Shown: positions 19,362-20,000 of the stretch, in pieces
How the letters are laid out: every line of letters starts with the position of its first letter
How positions within the stretch are numbered: position 1 is the stretch's first letter
IMG/VR virus record: IMGVR_UViG_3300025015_000723
Span: 55,125-75,124 of that record
Source of the DNA: an uncultured virus (IMG/VR IMGVR_UViG_3300025015_000723)
Lineage: Duplodnaviria > Heunggongvirae > Uroviricota > Caudoviricetes
Reading direction: 5' to 3' (one strand)
Length of the DNA: 20,000 nt
Program-made: the position numbers and the translations under genes
Notes under the pieces: generated by a model
Told to the model about the DNA's origin: nothing
What the model saw: the letters and a program-made list of their open reading frames with translations, nothing else
The model's database searches: none

Positions 19362-19391
19362 AGAGAAGAATCTAAAACATTAATAAATATT

Positions 19392-19430
19392 AATACCAAA
19401 AGGGCTCCCTTATTTGTGGGAGCCCTTTTT
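19392..19430 (-). terminator. Intrinsic-terminator-like hairpin overlapping the chaperone-extension stop codon
   Basis: Perfect 12-bp inverted repeat AAAAGGGCTCCC (19398-19409) / GGGAGCCCTTTT (19418-19429) with an 8-nt loop containing the TAA. On the minus strand the GC stem is followed by TTTTGGTATT; on the plus strand by TTTTT. Confidence 0.7.
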
Positions 19431-19835
19431 AATAATTCGTATGTCATCTAGGTCCTTAGGAGATAAGCCCCGAGGATTTTTTGAAATAACTGGGGGGCTT
19501 GCTCCATCTGGTCCGGCGGACCTACCAAAAAGGCCCTGCACCGTATCATCAAAACTATTATCTTGGGCTGAACTATGTTCTCCTATCTTATTTTCTCTGG
19601 AATCTTGAGTGCTTTTAACTCTCTCAGCTCCCTCATTGCTAGACAAAGCAGCTAAATATTCTGTTATATTGCGATCATATTCCAGTGTATCTTCGTCATC
19701 TGCGTTAACGTTGGCAGCATACCAAAAAAATTGCAAACGGGTCATGTTTTTAATAACTGGATCGTCGATTGTTTTACCGAGAGATTTACAAATCTTCCAA
19801 AGGAGTCGCTGCCCCGACTCCTTTAGGAGTTTTTT
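19410..19835 (-). CDS. Tail assembly chaperone C-terminal extension (lambda gpGT-like), probably reached by -1 frameshift rather than from ATG 19745
   Basis: The 111-aa ORF frame stays open 31 codons upstream of its ATG (RKKLLKESGQRLLWKICKSLGKTIDDPVIKN-MTRLQFFWY) and is closed by TGA TGA at 19839-19844, just before the slippery site. No SD in front of ATG 19745. Confidence 0.85.
   Translation of the reverse strand, partial: KKLLKESGQRLLWKICKSLGKTIDDPVIKNMTRLQFFWYAANVNADDEDTLEYDRNITEYLAALSSNEGAERVKSTQDSRENKIGEHSSAQDNSFDDTVQGLFGRSAGPDGASPPVISKNPRGLSPKDLDDIRIIKKGSHK
19797..19835 (-). promoter_or_regulatory. Programmed -1 ribosomal frameshift signal: A_AAA_AAC plus 3' stem-loop
   Basis: GTA AAA AAC TCC TAA (heptamer 19835-19829, correctly phased X XXY YYZ), followed by AAAGGAGTCG-GGGCAG-CGACTCCTTT (19824-19799, 10 perfect bp, extendable by U-G and C-G pairs). 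Confidence 0.85.
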
Positions 19836-20000
19836 ACGTCATCAAATTTTACATTTTCAACGACTTTCGCGGCCTCATCCTCAAGGCTGGAATACAAAGA
19901 AAAAAGCTTATCTAAAACTGGTGTAGAGAGCTTATTAATAACCTCTAAACGCTGATCATGAACAGCAAGATTCGTAACGGTGCCCGCATAATAATATTCC
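19823..20000 (-). CDS. Tail assembly chaperone (lambda gpG-like), C-terminal 58 aa only; 5' end outside the window
   Basis: Not in the ORF track. Open frame from 19999: EYYYAGTVTNLAVHDQRLEVINKLSTPVLDKLFSLYSSLEDEAAKVVENVKFDDVKNS*. Helical, ends on the slippery K-N codons, and lies upstream of the tape-measure-like genes. Confidence 0.8.
   Translation of the reverse strand, partial: EYYYAGTVTNLAVHDQRLEVINKLSTPVLDKLFSLYSSLEDEAAKVVENVKFDDVKNS

Larger units (their letters stand above)
1..20000 (-). mobile_element. Tail/baseplate morphogenesis module of a large myovirus-type phage (or phage-derived contractile injection system)
   Basis: Eleven co-oriented ORFs with overlaps or gaps of at most 60 nt. 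The order chaperone(frameshift)-tape measure-tube initiator-hub-spike matches contractile-tail modules. Peptidoglycan hydrolase domains imply a bacterial target. Confidence 0.85.

Noticed and set aside
19381..19389. TAATAAATA resembling the T4 late promoter TATAAATA
   Set aside because: Imperfect match and on the strand opposite the genes.
19746..19752. Second A-run (ATT AAA AAC) just before ATG 19745 as another slip site
   Set aside because: T_AAA_AAC is an imperfect heptamer, no hairpin follows that I can see, and no shift is needed to stay in the ORF.
103..19825. Possible stop-codon reassignment (no gene ends in TAG: 8 TAA, 2 TGA)
   Set aside because: Genes are full length and tightly packed under the standard code with no in-frame TAG or TGA. 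Zero TAG among 10 stops is unremarkable in AT-rich DNA.
257..19926. Plus-strand ORFs of 60-144 aa in the track (e.g. 2854-3288, 16070-16378, 17641-18024, 19609-19926)
   Set aside because: All lie antisense to long minus-strand genes and show no recognisable motifs; best explained as shadow ORFs.
1..20000. CRISPR arrays, tRNAs, DGR template/variable repeats, invertible segments
   Set aside because: No intergenic gap exceeds 60 nt and I saw no long DNA repeats by eye. A self dot-plot would be needed to exclude degenerate ones.

Overview
The window is one tightly packed, AT-rich, minus-strand gene run, truncated at both edges, that reads as the tail/baseplate module of a large contractile-tailed phage. 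A prophage-derived tailocin or other contractile injection system cannot be excluded because no capsid, sheath or tube gene is in view. Order in transcription direction (20000 to 1): tail-assembly chaperone pair joined by a likely -1 ribosomal frameshift (A_AAA_AAC plus a 10-bp hairpin); a terminator-like hairpin; two tandem paralogous tape-measure-like proteins ending in different peptidoglycan hydrolases (M23 endopeptidase; lysozyme-like domain); a 219-aa tube-initiator-like protein; a 1957-aa hub-like protein split by two large coiled-coil-flanked inserts; a 104-aa unknown; a 1201-aa spike-like protein with ~22-aa beta repeats; a 335-aa hydrophobic helical protein in frame behind the spike stop codon; an 838-aa HEAT-like/PKD protein; and the start of one more gene. 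All product calls come from motifs read by eye plus gene order; no database search was run.
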